The notes under the pieces are model-generated. The model saw nothing but the letters and a program-made list of their open reading frames with translations. It had not been told where the DNA came from and searched no databases. From Eledone cirrhosa (lineage: Eukaryota), in the NCBI GenBank assembly GCA_964016885.1, contig OZ024741.1:235724001-235788000 (forward strand): a stretch of 64,000 nucleotides of DNA, given 5' to 3'. Numbering within the stretch: position 1 is the first letter of the stretch; each line of letters begins with the position of its first letter. Of the stretch, positions 13,901 through 27,843 are shown one piece after another. The position numbers and the translations under genes are program-made.

Positions 13901-16900
13901 TACCACCACACCACTACCACCACACTACTACCACCACAACACTACCACCACAACACCAACACTACACCCCTATCACCACACCACTACCACTACACCACTA
14001 CCACCACACCACTACCACCACAACACTAACACCACACCACTACCACCACACCACTACCACCCCACCACTAACACCAAGCTACAACTACCACAACACTATC
14101 ATCACACCACTACAACCACAACACTAACACCACACCACTACACCACTACCACCACAACACTACCACCACACCACTAACACCACACTACAACTACCACAAC
14201 ACTAACACTACCACCACACTACTACCACCACACCACTACACCACACAACTACCACCACACAACTACCACCACAACACTACCCCTACACCACTAACGCCTC
14301 AACACTAACACCACACCACTACCACTACACTACTACCACCACACCACTACCACCACACTACTACCACCACAACACTACCACCACAACACCAACACTACAC
14401 CCCTATCACCACACCACTACCACTACACCACTACCACCACACCACTACCACCACAACACTAACACCACACCACTACCACCACACCACTACCACCCCACCA
14501 CTAACACCAAGCTACAACTACCACAACACTATCATCACACCACTACAACCACAACACTAACACCACACCACTACACCACTACCACCACAACACTACCACC
14601 ACACCACTAACACCACACTACAACTACCACAACACTAACACTACCACCACACTACTACCACCACACCACTACACCACACAACTACCACCACACAACTACC
14701 ACCACAACACTACCACTACACCACTACCACCACACCAATACCACCACACAACTACCACCACAACACTACCACCACACCGCTATCACCACAACACTACCAC
14801 TACACCACTAACACCACACAACAACCACCACAACACTACTACCACCACACCACTAACACCACACTACTACCACCACAACATTACCACCACAACACTAACA
14901 CTACACCCCTATCACCACACCACTACCACTACACCACTACCACCACACCGCTACCACCACAACACATACACCACACCACTACCACCACACCACTACCGCC
15001 CCACCACTAACACCACGCTACAACTACCACAACACTATCATCACACCACTACAACCACAACACTAACACCACACCACTACACCACTACCACCACAACACA
15101 ACACTACCACCACACCACTAACACTACTACCACCACAACACTACCACTACACCACTACCACAACAACACTACCACCACAACACTACCACCACAACACTAC
15201 CACCACACCACTAACACCACACTACAACCACCACAACACTACCACTACACCACAACACTACCACCACACTACTACCACCACACCACTACCACCGCACCAC
15301 TACCACCACACCAACACTACCACCACCACCACTACCACTACACCACACCATCACACTAACACTACCAACACTACCACCACACCCCCACACCAACAGTACC
15401 ACCACACCACCACACCAACACTACCCCCACACCAACACTACCACCACACCACCACACCACCACACCAACACTACCACCACACCACCACACCACCACACCA
15501 CCACACCAACACTACCACCACACCAACACTACCACCACACCACCACACCACCACACCAACACTACCACCACTACCACTACTACCACACCATCACACTAAC
15601 ACTACCACCACACCCCTACACTACCCCACACCAAGCGTACCACCACACCACCACACCAACATTACCACCCCACTATACCAACACACAACCACCACCACCA
15701 CCACTTCAACACACCAATACAACGACACATCAGTCATTAAACCAAGCAGACCACGCCACCACCACCATCACCACCACGACTACAACTACAGCAACACTAC
15801 ACCAACCTTACCCCTTACCCTCATCAGTGTCTTCAATCTTCTGACACCACCACCATCACCACCACTACCGCTACCACCACTACCAGCAACATCACCACCG
15901 CTACCACCACCACCACCAACACCGCTACCACTACCACCAACACCGCCACCAGCCACATTACCGCTACCACCACCACCACTACCACCACCACCAACACCAC
16001 CACTACCAGCAACATCACCACCGCTACCACCACCACCACCAACACCGCCACCAGTCACATTACCGCTACCACCACCACCACTACCACCACCACCACCACC
16101 CCTACCACTACCACCACTACCATCACCATCTCTACCACCGCCACCACCACCCCTACCGCTACCACCACCACTACCAGCAACATCACCACCACTACCACCA
16201 CCACCACTCTACCGCTACCACCACCATCAACACCACTACTAGCAACATCACCACCGCTACCACCACCACCAACACCACCACCACCACTCCTACCTCTACC
16301 ACCACCACCAACACCACCACTACCAGCAACATCACCACCGCTACCACCACCATCAACACCACTACTAGCAACATCACCACCGCTACCACCACCACCAACA
16401 CCACCACCACCACTCCTACCTCTACCACCACCACCGACACCACCACTACCAGCAACATCACCACCGCTACCACCACCACCAGCAACATTACCACTACCAC
16501 CACCCCTAACACCGCCACCACCACCACCACCACCCTACCACCACCACTAACACCGCCACCGCCACCACCCCTACCACCACCACTAACACCGCCACCCCTA
16601 CCACAACCACCAACACCAGCAACATCACCGCCCCCACCATTACCACCAACACCACCCCTGCCTCTACCTCCACCACCAACAACACCACCAGCAACATCAC
16701 CACCGCTACCACCACCACTTCCAACACCGCCACCACCGCTACTACCACCACATTACCACCACTGCTACCACTCAATCATTTCCACTACTCACCCACGCCC
16801 AACCACCAACACAGCCCTACACACACACACCTCCATTACTACCACTCAATCATCTCCAAACCACCACCACCACATTCGTCACCCTCACCACCCACCATCA

Positions 16901-19250
16901 CTACCTCTACCATCACTACCACTACCACAACAACAACCATCACCACTTCTGTTACGACTTCTGCCACCACCACCACCACCACCACCACCACAACAACAAC
17001 AACAATAAAAACAACCATCTGCATCACCATCACCACCGCCACTACCACAATAATAACAACAACCATTACCATCACCACCTCTACCACCACCACCATCACA
17101 TTAACCACCTCCACATCACTACCAACACCACCACCACTATCACTTCTACCACTCAATCATCTCCACTACATACCCACACCTCCACTCCCCTCACCCACTC
17201 AACCTTCATCCCCCTCCCCTCACTACCTCCCTGCAGCACAACAACCCTTCACCCTTCATTATCTCACACCACCACCTCACTCATCACAATCCCCTTCCCT
17301 CTTTCTTTCTCTGAACACACACACACACCATAGCTACATCACTCACAGTTCACCACCACTGCAACCACCACCACAACCACAACCACCATCACAAACCCTC
17401 ACAACCACCACCACCACTACCACTACCACCACCACCACAACTGCTACCATACCTACCACCTACCAGAGCAGCCGCCACCATCCCTACCATACCCACCACC
17501 ACTCCTACCATACCCGCCACCATCTCTACCATCATCACTACCACAACCCCCACCACCACCAACACCACCACCACCACCAGAGCATCCACCACAACCACCA
17601 CCCTCCCTACCATACCCACCACCACTCCTACCATACCCGCCACCATCCCTACCATCATCACTACCACTACCCACCACCACCACCACCACCATCACCACCA
17701 CCCCCAAAGCAGCCACCACAACCACCACCATCCATACCATACCCACCACCACTCCTACCATACCCGCCACCATCCCTACCATCATCACTACCACAACCCC
17801 CCACCACCACTACCCCCACCCCCACCCCCACCCCCACCCCCACCCCACCCCACCCCCACCCCCACCACCCAGAGCAGCCACCACTGCCCTAGCATACCCC
17901 CCACCATCCCTACTACCACCATCACAACCACCACCACCACCACCACCACCACCAGCTCTACTACATCCCCTTCCCTTCACCCATTTCAACTATATTCCCC
18001 ACCCCACCCTTTATATTCACTTCCATAACACCATACTTCCCACACAGCACTCACTGTTCTTTGTACCACTACCACTACTACCTCCACCACCACCACCACC
18101 ACCATTACCTTTAACAACATACTCACCACCACCACCACCACTGCCACCACCACTGCCAGCACCACCACTACCACAAACACTGCCCCCCCCCCCCCCACCC
18201 ACCACCACTACCACCAACACAACAACAACAACAATCACCATTAACCACTATGATCACTACCATCATCACCATCATCACTAACAACTCAAAAACGAACACA
18301 CTCCACCACCACAATCACCACCATCACCACCACCACCACCGCCAACACAACAACAACAACAATCACCATTAACCACTATGATCACTACCATCATCACCAT
18401 CATCACTAACACCTCAAAAACGAACACACTCCACCACCACAATCACCACCACCACCACCACCACCACCGCCAACACAACAACAACAACAATCACCATTAA
18501 CCACTATGATCACTACCATCATCACCATCATCACTAACACCTCAAAAACGAACACACTCCACCACCACAATCACCACCACCACCACCACCACCACCGCCA
18601 ACACAACAACAACAACAATCACCATTAACCACTATGATCACTACCATCATCACCATCATCACTAACACCTCAAAAACGAACACACTCCACCACCACAATC
18701 ACCACCACCACCACCACCACCACCGCCAACACAACAACAACAACAATCACCATTAACCACTATGATCACTACCATCATCACCATCATCACTAACACCTCA
18801 AAAACGAACACACTCCACCACCACCACCACCACCACCACCACCACCACCACCACCACCACCACCACCACCACCACCACCACCGCCGCCGCCGCCAGAACT
18901 GCCACATCCACTTCCACCACCACCACCACCACCACTGCCAGCACCACCACTGCCAGCACCACCACTACCACATCCACTTCCACCACCACCATTACCACCA
19001 CCACCACTGCCAGCACCACCACTGCCAGTGCCACCACTACCACAACCACTGCCACCAGATATCGCCATCTCCACTGCTGCCAACATCAACCACAACAAGC
19101 AGCTTCATCGCCACCACCATCACTGCCAACATAACTATCTCATCATCAGATAACATCCCCACCTCCACCACAGCCATCACATCCTCCCAGCACGCCACCT
19201 TCCACTCACACAGCCCCTACCCACTACATCACACTTTGTGCACATACAAC
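11000..19250. repeat. ~8 kb ACC/ACT-rich cryptic satellite with higher-order duplications
   Basis: The + strand has almost no G over 11000-15700. Rare landmark words recur at ~250 bp (11591/11841), ~540 bp (12132/12675) and 433 bp (13861/14294). Confidence 0.92.
18214..18830. repeat. 128-bp tandem repeat, ~5 copies
   Basis: TATGATC at 18249, 18377, 18505, 18633 and 18761. Confidence 0.92.
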
Positions 19251-19766
19251 ACACACACATAAATACACATGCACATGCTGCACATACAACACCAACACAC
19301 GTACACACACACACACACACACGTGTACATACACGCACACATGCGTATACACTCCACACGCACCTAACATATATGTGTGTGTGTGGTGTGTGTATACATG
19401 TGTGTGTATGTATACCAGCTGCATACACATGTACAACACACACTGAACATATCACATATACAGACAACATTCAACATGCATGTTGTATATACACAGACAC
19501 AGAAACACACACACACGCAAGAACACCACACATGCATATAGACACATCCTATCTACAGAACACATGCTGCACCAACTACACAGACACACACAAACATGGT
19601 ACTCCATACACACACACGCACACAGATGCAATAGCAAGCTTTATGTAGGGATGGTTGATATACTGCACACACATATGCACACCAAGTTTTTCCTTAGATG
19701 CACATGCATATACATACATTGCACAGTTGCTACCAAGTTAAAACCTTCTGTGTATAGTTTCAGTAC

Positions 19767-19769
<3 letters not shown>

Positions 19770-19817
<48 letters not shown>

Positions 19818-19952
19818 TGTAATATAACCAGACATGTACATGTATGTGTATGCATTTGTGTGTGTGTGTGTGTGTGTATAAATAAATAAATATATAATAT
19901 ATATATATATATATATATAGATGCATAAGTAAATATAAATGTATGTACACAC

Positions 19953-19999
<47 letters not shown>

Positions 20000-20071
20000 T
20001 GTAATATAACCAGACATGTACATGTATGTGTATGCATTTGTGTGTGTGCGTGTGTGTGTATAAATAAATAA

Positions 20072-20109
<38 letters not shown>

Positions 20110-20140
20110 TGCATAAGTAAATATAAATGTATGTACACAC

Positions 20141-20205
<65 letters not shown>

Positions 20206-20332
20206 TGTAATATAACCAGACATGTACATGTATGTGTATGCATTTGTGTGTGTGCGTGTGTGTGTATAAATAAATAAATATATAATATATATATATATAT
20301 AGATGCATAAGTAAATATAAATGTATGTACAC

Positions 20333-20383
<51 letters not shown>

Positions 20384-20660
20384 TGTAATATAACCAGACA
20401 TGTACATGTATGTGTATGCGTTTGTGTGTGTGCGTGTGTGTGTATAAATAAATAAATATATATATATATATATATATAGATGCATAAGTAAATATAAATG
20501 TATGTACACACAATATATATATATATATATACACTGTAATATAACCAGACATGTACATGTATGTGTATGCATTTGTGTGTGTGTATAAATAAATAAATAT
20601 ATAATATATATATAGAAGCATAAGTAAATATAAATGTATGTACACACAATATATATATAT
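19770..20660. repeat. Compound minisatellite, 5 copies of ~150-205 bp with variable (TA)n
   Basis: CACTGTAATATAACCAGAC at 19815, 19997, 20203, 20381 and 20532. Confidence 0.92.
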
Positions 20661-20870
20661 ATATGAAAAGATTCAGGACCCCAACAGCTGAGCTCCGGCT
20701 GTTTCGACAGTTAGATCCGAACGTTTGCATCTAGCAGTTGAAACTGCCGGAGCTCAGCTGTTGGGGTCCTGAATCTTTTCATATTACCCATTCTACTATC
20801 CCAGGTATCGAGTACTCTGGTGGGTTATGGTCTAGCTGGTTTTTACCATACACTATCTGATTATCTGATA
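20661..20870 (+). mobile_element. pLTR-like fragment with a 5' inverted repeat (arms ~20661-20708 and 20736-20784)
   Basis: The arms are reverse complements and contain the 3' half of a hammerhead (GAAAC-AGC..GCU-GUU). A related copy lies at 41975-42115 (-). Confidence 0.6.
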
Positions 20871-20879
20871 TATATATAT

Positions 20880-21229
20880 CATCATCATCATCATCATCAT
20901 TTCATTTTATGTCCACTTTTCCCTGCTTGCAAGGGTGGGACAGGAACTGATTCTGGCTTGATTTCTACAGCTGGATGCCCTTCCTAACACCAACCTCATT
21001 TACAGTGAGTGCTGGGTGCTTTTTTGCCGTGACACCTCCATGACCACTTTGCAGTGGAATGATATGGGCCCCAGCCCCTATCATCTCATTTCTACAGCTG
21101 AGTAAACTGGAGCAATGTGAAATAAAGTGTCTTGCTCAAGGAAACAACACATCACCCAGTCTGAGAATTGAACTCAGAACCTTTCGATTGCAAGGCCAAT
21201 GCTCTAACCACTAAGCCATGTGTCTCCAT
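20880..21229 (-). mobile_element. tRNA-derived SINE (family S1)
   Basis: Box A TGGCTTAGTGGTTAG, box B GAGTTCAATTC, RTE-like 3' end with (TGA)n; six similar copies in the window. Confidence 0.9.
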
Positions 21230-21640
21230 TATACATTTTATATCATTATCATCATCACCATCCTCATCGTTTAACTAGCATGGGTTAGACGGGATTGTCT
21301 CACTTGATGCAAGATTGGTCAGGTGACTGTGTCTCGCTTGTATAGGACTGTATCTGGCAGGTTTTCTATGGCTGGATGCCCTTCCTAACACCAACCACAT
21401 TTACAGTGTGGACTGAGAGCCTTTTTACCGTGTCTCCTACACGATCACTTTACAGTGTGGACTGGATGTTCTGTGGTACCAAAATAACATATTTGGTGAA
21501 ACCTACTGACTGTAGGTTTAACTTCATAAGTAAGTGAAGGCGAGTCTTCTGTATTACTCCATAGCGCCAAAGGTCTCGATCCAGTGGCATTGTCTTAGAG
21601 ACGTGTAAGTCTGCAAGGTCAGTTTTTATCATGTTGTCCC

Positions 21641-21979
21641 ATCATCATTTCATTTTACGTCCACTTTTTCCCTGCTTGCAAGGGTGGGACGGCAACTGAT
21701 TCTGGCTTGATTTCTACAGCTGGATGCCCTTCCTAACACCAACCTCATTTACAGTGAGTGGTGGGTGCTTTTTTTGCCGTGGCACCTCCACGACCACTTT
21801 GCAGTGGAATGATAGGGAACCCAGTCCCTATCATCTCATTTCTACAGCTGAGTAAACTGGAGCAATGTGAAATAAAGTGTCTTGCTCAAGGAAACAACAC
21901 ATCACCCGGTCTGAGAATTGAACTCACAACCTTTCGATTGCAAGGCCAATGCTCTAACCACTAAGCCATGTACCTCCAT
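21641..21979 (-). mobile_element. tRNA-derived SINE S1
   Basis: Near-identical to 20880-21229. Confidence 0.9.
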
Positions 21980-22180
21980 AATATATATATATATATTGTA
22001 TGTATATAGTCTGTAGTGGTGAGACCGGGGAGACCACTAATCTTGGGAGTACTCGATGCATGGGGAGAAGCAGAGTGGGTATAGAGGTATGTAAAATCAT
22101 GACCACTGTGTAGTATACCCTTGAAAAAGCTGGCTGAACACAGAAACCAAGACTGCTTCGCACCATGGTTGGCTTTTACA

Positions 22181-22211
<31 letters not shown>

Positions 22212-22213
<2 letters not shown>

Positions 22214-22584
22214 CATCATCATCGTCATCATCATTTTACGCCCGCTTTTCCCTGCTTGCAAGTTAGAGCATTGGCCTTGCAATCGAAAGGTTGTGAGTTC
22301 AATTCTCAGACCGGGTGATGTGTTGTTTCCTTGAGCAAGACACTTTATTTCACATTGCTCCAGTTTACTCAGCTGTAGAAATGAGATGATAGGGACCCCA
22401 GTCCCTATCATTCCACTACAAAGTGGTCGTGGAGGTGCCACAGCAAAAAAGCACCCAGCACTCACTGTAAAATGAGGTTGGTGTTAGGAAGGGCATCCAG
22501 CTGTAGAAATCAAACCAGAATCAGTTCCTGTCCCACCCTTGCAAGCAGGGAAAAGCAGACGTAAAATGATGATGATGATGATGA
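22212..22584 (+). mobile_element. SINE S1 whose extreme 5' end is replaced by an inverted copy of a 3' tail
   Basis: 22262-22584 is the S1 body starting inside box A. 22212-22261 is the reverse complement of the S1 tail. Confidence 0.85.
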
Positions 22585-22597
22585 TAGCAAATATGCG

Positions 22598-22900
22598 CAG
22601 GTCGGCTGAAAAGTTCATAAGCTGACCAAGATACTCTCATGGAATGTGACCAAATGAGGTTTCTTTTCAATATAGTCCCTCTTGCAATCCACACACTTCT
22701 TCCATCAGTGTTGCACTGCTTGGATCCCATTGGTGAAGAAGCTTTCATCTTGTTGGTAAAAAAGATCATCAACAGCAGATATGACGTCATCATCTCTGCA
22801 ATACTGGTTCCCAGCCAAGTATTTTTTCATATTGAGGAACAGATGATGGTCAGATGGGGCCAAATCAGGAGAATAGGGAGGGTGATCAACCAGTTCAAAG
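22598..22900 (-). mobile_element. mariner transposon, 3' fragment
   Basis: The minus strand reads FELVDHPPYSPDLAPSDHHLF and WKKCVDCKRDYIEKK, followed by a TIR-like end. Confidence 0.85.
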
Positions 22901-23136
22901 TGATGAACCCAACACTCATCCTGGGTTAGGAAACCTTCAAAGAAACAATAAATAAGGGTAGAATTACGAAACAGAACTCAATACATAAAACAGAGTAGTT
23001 ACATTTATTTGTTGGAAAAGAGTTACATTGACTGAACAGCCTAGAGTTTGGTGTCAATGCACTTATCAAACTCCATAATTACTTCTGTATCATGCTTTCA
23101 TACCAGTATCCAGGATTTTTTACATAGTGATCATCA

Positions 23137-23212
<76 letters not shown>

Positions 23213-23423
23213 TCTCTTTCTCTATTTATGAAGGTACCTGGAAAAACCCCATATCACGGGAACCCGTGCTCTGATTTACGCAAAACTTGTTTTATTTCAT
23301 TTGTATTCCCATATCAGGGCCTTCCTTTCAAAGTATTTTTCCATTATGCACCGTGCTGGCTGTATTAAATAACAGACAAGCACATAATTACAGAGTTTTA
23401 GTAGTATATATATATATATATAT

Positions 23424-23620
23424 AGTGGAAGGAAGCTGCAGTAGAGGGAGACCAAAAAAGACCTGGGCAGAAGTTGTGAGCTGGCCTCAAATCTCTGATA
23501 CTCACAAAGGAGATGACAAAGGAACGTGACGACTGGAGAGATACTGTGCTGAGAAGGGCCTGTCCAACCATGCAAGTTGGGAAAGAGAGACATGACGATG
23601 ATGAGGACGATGATGATGAT
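23424..23620 (+). mobile_element. RTE LINE 3' end
   Basis: EGSCSRGRPKKTW motif and (GAT)n tail; matches 43420-43607. Confidence 0.8.
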
Positions 23621-23640
23621 ATATATATATATATGTATGT

Positions 23641-23974
23641 ATGGAGGCACATGGCTTAGTGGTTAGAGCATTGGCCTTGCAATCGAAAGGTTGTGAGTTC
23701 AATTCTCAGACCGGGTGATGTGTTGTTTCCTTGAGCAAGACACTTTATTTCACATTGCTCCAGTTTACTCAGCTGTAGAAATGAGATGATAGGGACTGGG
23801 GTCCCTATCATTCCACTGCAAAGTGGTCGTGGAGGTGCCACGGCAAAAAAGCACCCAGCACTCACTGTAAATGAGGTTGGTGTTAGGAAGGGCATCCAGC
23901 TGTAGAAATCAAGCCAAAATCAGTACCCGTCCCACCCTTGCAAGCAGGGAAAAGCAGACGTAAAAATGAAATGA
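23641..23974 (+). mobile_element. tRNA-derived SINE S1
   Basis: Full head, body and tail. Confidence 0.9.
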
Positions 23975-24085
23975 AAAAAAAAAAAATGAAAAAAGTATGT
24001 AAAAGGTAAACAGGAATAACAACACAATCGGTACAGAATATGAAAGGAATATAGTAGGTTAATGCTTGAAATAGCAGGAAGAGGG

Positions 24086-24121
24086 TCTTAACGTTTCAGA
24101 TGCTAGTCCTTCATCAGAAGA
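24086..24121 (-). ncRNA. Very small minimal hammerhead motif
   Basis: UCUU-CUGAUGA-aGGAcuagcaUCU-GAAA-CG-UU-AAGA; palindrome AACGUU. Confidence 0.62.
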
Positions 24122-24364
24122 AAGAATGAGAAATAAGATAGATTGAAGGGACATTCGGGTTGGAATTGGAAAGAGTAGCAGCATGACAATATATGAGCAA
24201 AATTATTTGTGAACACACCAAAATATGATAATCATCAACACTTGACGGGTTGCAAAATAATAAAAAATTTAGAAAATGTGTCGCATCCTTAATTGTCATG
24301 TGCAGAACATATGATATATTCATGTTTTCATGTAATATATGTATAAAACAAAATCTTTACAAAA

Positions 24365-24535
24365 ATATTCTTGCAATATATTTATGCATTCGTACACTCA
24401 GGGAGAAGCATTGCCACCACACTATTTAGATATATCTGGAGTGTAAAGGATAATAACATAAACAATTGTAAAATAGATTGCTCCATTATAGAAGATGCCA
24501 CTCCCTACATTAACAAAGGCCACCTTCTTTGTTTT
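24365..24535 (+). mobile_element. Penelope-like GIY-YIG C-terminal remnant
   Basis: TTLFRYIWSVKDNN..CKIDCSIIEDATPY..LC resembles the Neptune-type endonuclease tail. Confidence 0.45.
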
Positions 24536-24961
24536 TGTGTGTTTTACACATATGATATTGAATACATATATATGTCATCATCATCATCATTGTTTGTATG
24601 ATCATGTAAATGTATGTGTAGTGGTGGTGGAGGTACCTGTTGGTTTTAATGGCAAATCAGTTTAAAGTCAAAATCCATTCCTAACTACACTATCTATATT
24701 TCACCCTAAATGTGGTTTAGCTGATATTATTGGAGTTGACTTCTTTGCATCTTGTTTTCACATTTTCTAATTAAAAGGAAAATTTTAGTTAATCCAAATT
24801 TCCCTTCTCATTATATTACACATACACACAAGCACACACACAAACAAATATATATATATACATATCATCATCATCATCATCATCATCATTATCGTTTAAC
24901 GTCCATCACCCATGCAAGCGTGGAAGATGGACGTTAAACGATGATGATGATGATGATGATG

Positions 24962-25006
<45 letters not shown>

Positions 25007-25078
25007 AATACATATATACACACACACACTCACACATATACATATACATATATATAAAGGTTTAAAACTCTGATGATG

Positions 25079-25184
<106 letters not shown>

Positions 25185-25216
25185 AGATCAAAAGATGGTT
25201 AAAGGAGTTCAATATA

Positions 25217-25283
25217 TTTTATTATGCGCATTTCAAAAACAAACATCATCAAACAATAATATTTGTGTTTTCATCAGATAAAA
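25217..25283 (-). ncRNA. Minimal hammerhead motif (left arm)
   Basis: Reverse complement of 25386-25452. Confidence 0.72.
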
Positions 25284-25385
25284 CAGGAGAACATGATATG
25301 AAGGCTAAAAAAGCACTTGTTGATAGTGCAGTTTTAAATCAACATATCAACAAGTGTTTTTTAGCCTTCATATCATGTTCTCCTG

Positions 25386-25452
25386 TTTTATCTGATGAAA
25401 ACACAAATATTATTGTTTGATGATGTTTGTTTTTGAAATGCGCATAATAAAA
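25386..25452 (+). ncRNA. Minimal hammerhead motif (right arm)
   Basis: UUUUAU-CUGAUGA-AAAcACAAAUAUUAU..AUGAUGUUUGUuUUU-GAAA-UGCGCA-UA-AUAAAA. Confidence 0.72.
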
Positions 25453-25578
25453 TATATGGAACTCCTTTAACCATCTTTTGATCTTATATTATGCATACTC
25501 CAGTCCCACAAACTGTAGAGTGCTTCTTATCCGATATCTGCATTGCTTTATTGTACTACAATAAAACTCACCTCCTAC

Positions 25579-26016
<438 letters not shown>

Positions 26017-26357
26017 AGGCACATGGCTTAGTGGTTAGAGCATTGGCCTTGCAATAGAAAGGTTGTGAGTTCAATTCTCAGACCGGGTGATGTGTTGTTT
26101 CCTTGAGCAAGACACTTTATTTCACATTGCTCCAGTTTACTCAGCTGTAGAAATGAGATGATAGGGACTGGGGTCCATATCATTCCACTGCAAAGTGGTC
26201 GTGTAGGTGCCACGGCAAAAAAGCACCCAGCACTCACTGTAAATGAGGTTGGTGTTAGGAAGGGCATCCAGCTGTAGAAATCAACCCAGAATCAGTTCCC
26301 GTCCCATCCTTGCAAGCAGGGAAAAGTGGACGTAAAATGAAATGATGATGATGATGA
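26017..26357 (+). mobile_element. tRNA-derived SINE S1
   Basis: Head, body and (TGA)n tail. Confidence 0.9.
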
Positions 26358-26432
26358 TATCCTTTCCAGGGAGAACTTGAACCGTTAAGGTATATCATCC
26401 TTGGTCATGTCAAATATTTATAAAACATTTTG

Positions 26433-26494
26433 TATTTTATCTGATGATAGCATACCAACATTTTTGGTACCCTTGAAATATATATAATAGAATA
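26433..26494 (+). ncRNA. Minimal hammerhead motif (pLTR family P2, unit ~26360-26545)
   Basis: UAUUUUAU-CUGAUGA-uagcaUACCA..UGGUAcccuu-GAAA-UAUAUA-UA-AUAGAAUA; homologous to 52614-52712. Confidence 0.7.
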
Positions 26495-26606
26495 AATATG
26501 GTTTTATAAATATAGTTTCCATTTATTTAATATCAATTGATTACATATATATATATACATATATATATATACATATATATATACATATATATATATGTTT
26601 ATATAC

Positions 26607-26642
<36 letters not shown>

Positions 26643-26859
26643 GTCAAAGATGTACATCCATATATGTATACTGAAATACTAGTATGTATATGAATACACA
26701 CACGTATACATATGTAGATGTACCAAGTTTTTTTCACTGATCACTTTACTGTGAGTGGCCAGCTATTCTGTATGTAAACACACAGACAAACCGGTTTTTA
26801 GAGTCATACTGGTTTTTGAGGAAACACCTTTCCTCTATTCTCCAGAAAGCCAGACAAGG

Positions 26860-26904
26860 AATATTGAACTAGTTTCGTTGTTGTTACAACTCATCAGCAA
26901 TATT
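26860..26904 (-). ncRNA. Minimal hammerhead ribozyme in the spacer of the 212-bp inverted repeat
   Basis: Exact reverse complement of 27315-27359. Confidence 0.88.
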
Positions 26905-27314
26905 TCTGGAGAATAGAGGAAAGGTGTTTCCTCAAAAACCAGTATGACTCTAAAAACCGGTTTGTCTGTGTGTTTACATACAGAATAGCTGGCCACTCAC
27001 AGTAAAGTGATCAGTGAAAAAAACTTGGTACATCTACATATGTATACGTGTGTGTATTCATATACATACTAGTATTTCAGTATACATATATGGATGTACA
27101 TCTTTGACTTAATTGTTTGAGCGTCAGTCATACAAAAGTGAGTTACAAACGAAACGAAATTTAATTTCGTTTCGTTATTTGTTTTTATCGTCTCCGTTGA
27201 ACCGGTACTTACTCACACTCTATGCAAGTTGGTCTGCCCACTACTAATTTTCATAGAAAAAGCATATAGCGATATGTGCTTTTACGATTCTCTAGAGAGG
27301 CCGGAAGATAGGTA

Positions 27315-27359
27315 AATATTGCTGATGAGTTGTAACAACAACGAAACTAGTTCAATATT
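27315..27359 (+). ncRNA. Minimal type I hammerhead ribozyme
   Basis: AAUAUUG-CUGAUGA-GUUG uaacaa CAAC-GAAA-CUAG-UU-CAAUAUU; core and helices are all intact. Confidence 0.9.
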
Positions 27360-27649
27360 CCTTGTCTGGCTTTCTGGAGAATAGAGGAAAGGTGTTTCCT
27401 CAAAAACCAGTATGACTCTAAAAACCGGTTTGTCTGTGTGTTTACATACAGAATAGCTGGCCACTCACAGTAAAGTGATCAGTGAAAAAAACTTGGTACA
27501 TCTACATATGTATACGTGTGTGTATTCATATACATACTAGTATTTCAGTATACATATATGGATGTACATCTTTGACTTAATTGTTTGAGCGTCAGTCATA
27601 CAAAAGTGAGTTACAAACGAAACGAAATTTAATTTCGTTTCGTTATTTG

Positions 27650-27700
<51 letters not shown>

Positions 27701-27709
27701 GTTTATATA

Positions 27710-27843
<134 letters not shown>

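Larger units (their letters stand above)
26637..27655 (+). mobile_element. Non-coding Penelope-type unit (family P3): inverted, partial direct and full pLTR copies
   Basis: 212-bp inverted repeat at 26637-26848 / 26903-27114. 26903-27187 is repeated at 27371-27655. (TA)n on both sides. Confidence 0.85.

Noticed and set aside
11000-19262. Mucin-like, His-rich or Gly/Val-rich ORFs in the ACC satellite
   Set aside because: Repeat units shift frame, there is no signal peptide or flanking domain, and all frames give similar low-complexity translations.
23641-23715. tRNA gene
   Set aside because: The box A/B head is always joined to the same SINE body and tail in six copies, so it is a SINE head.
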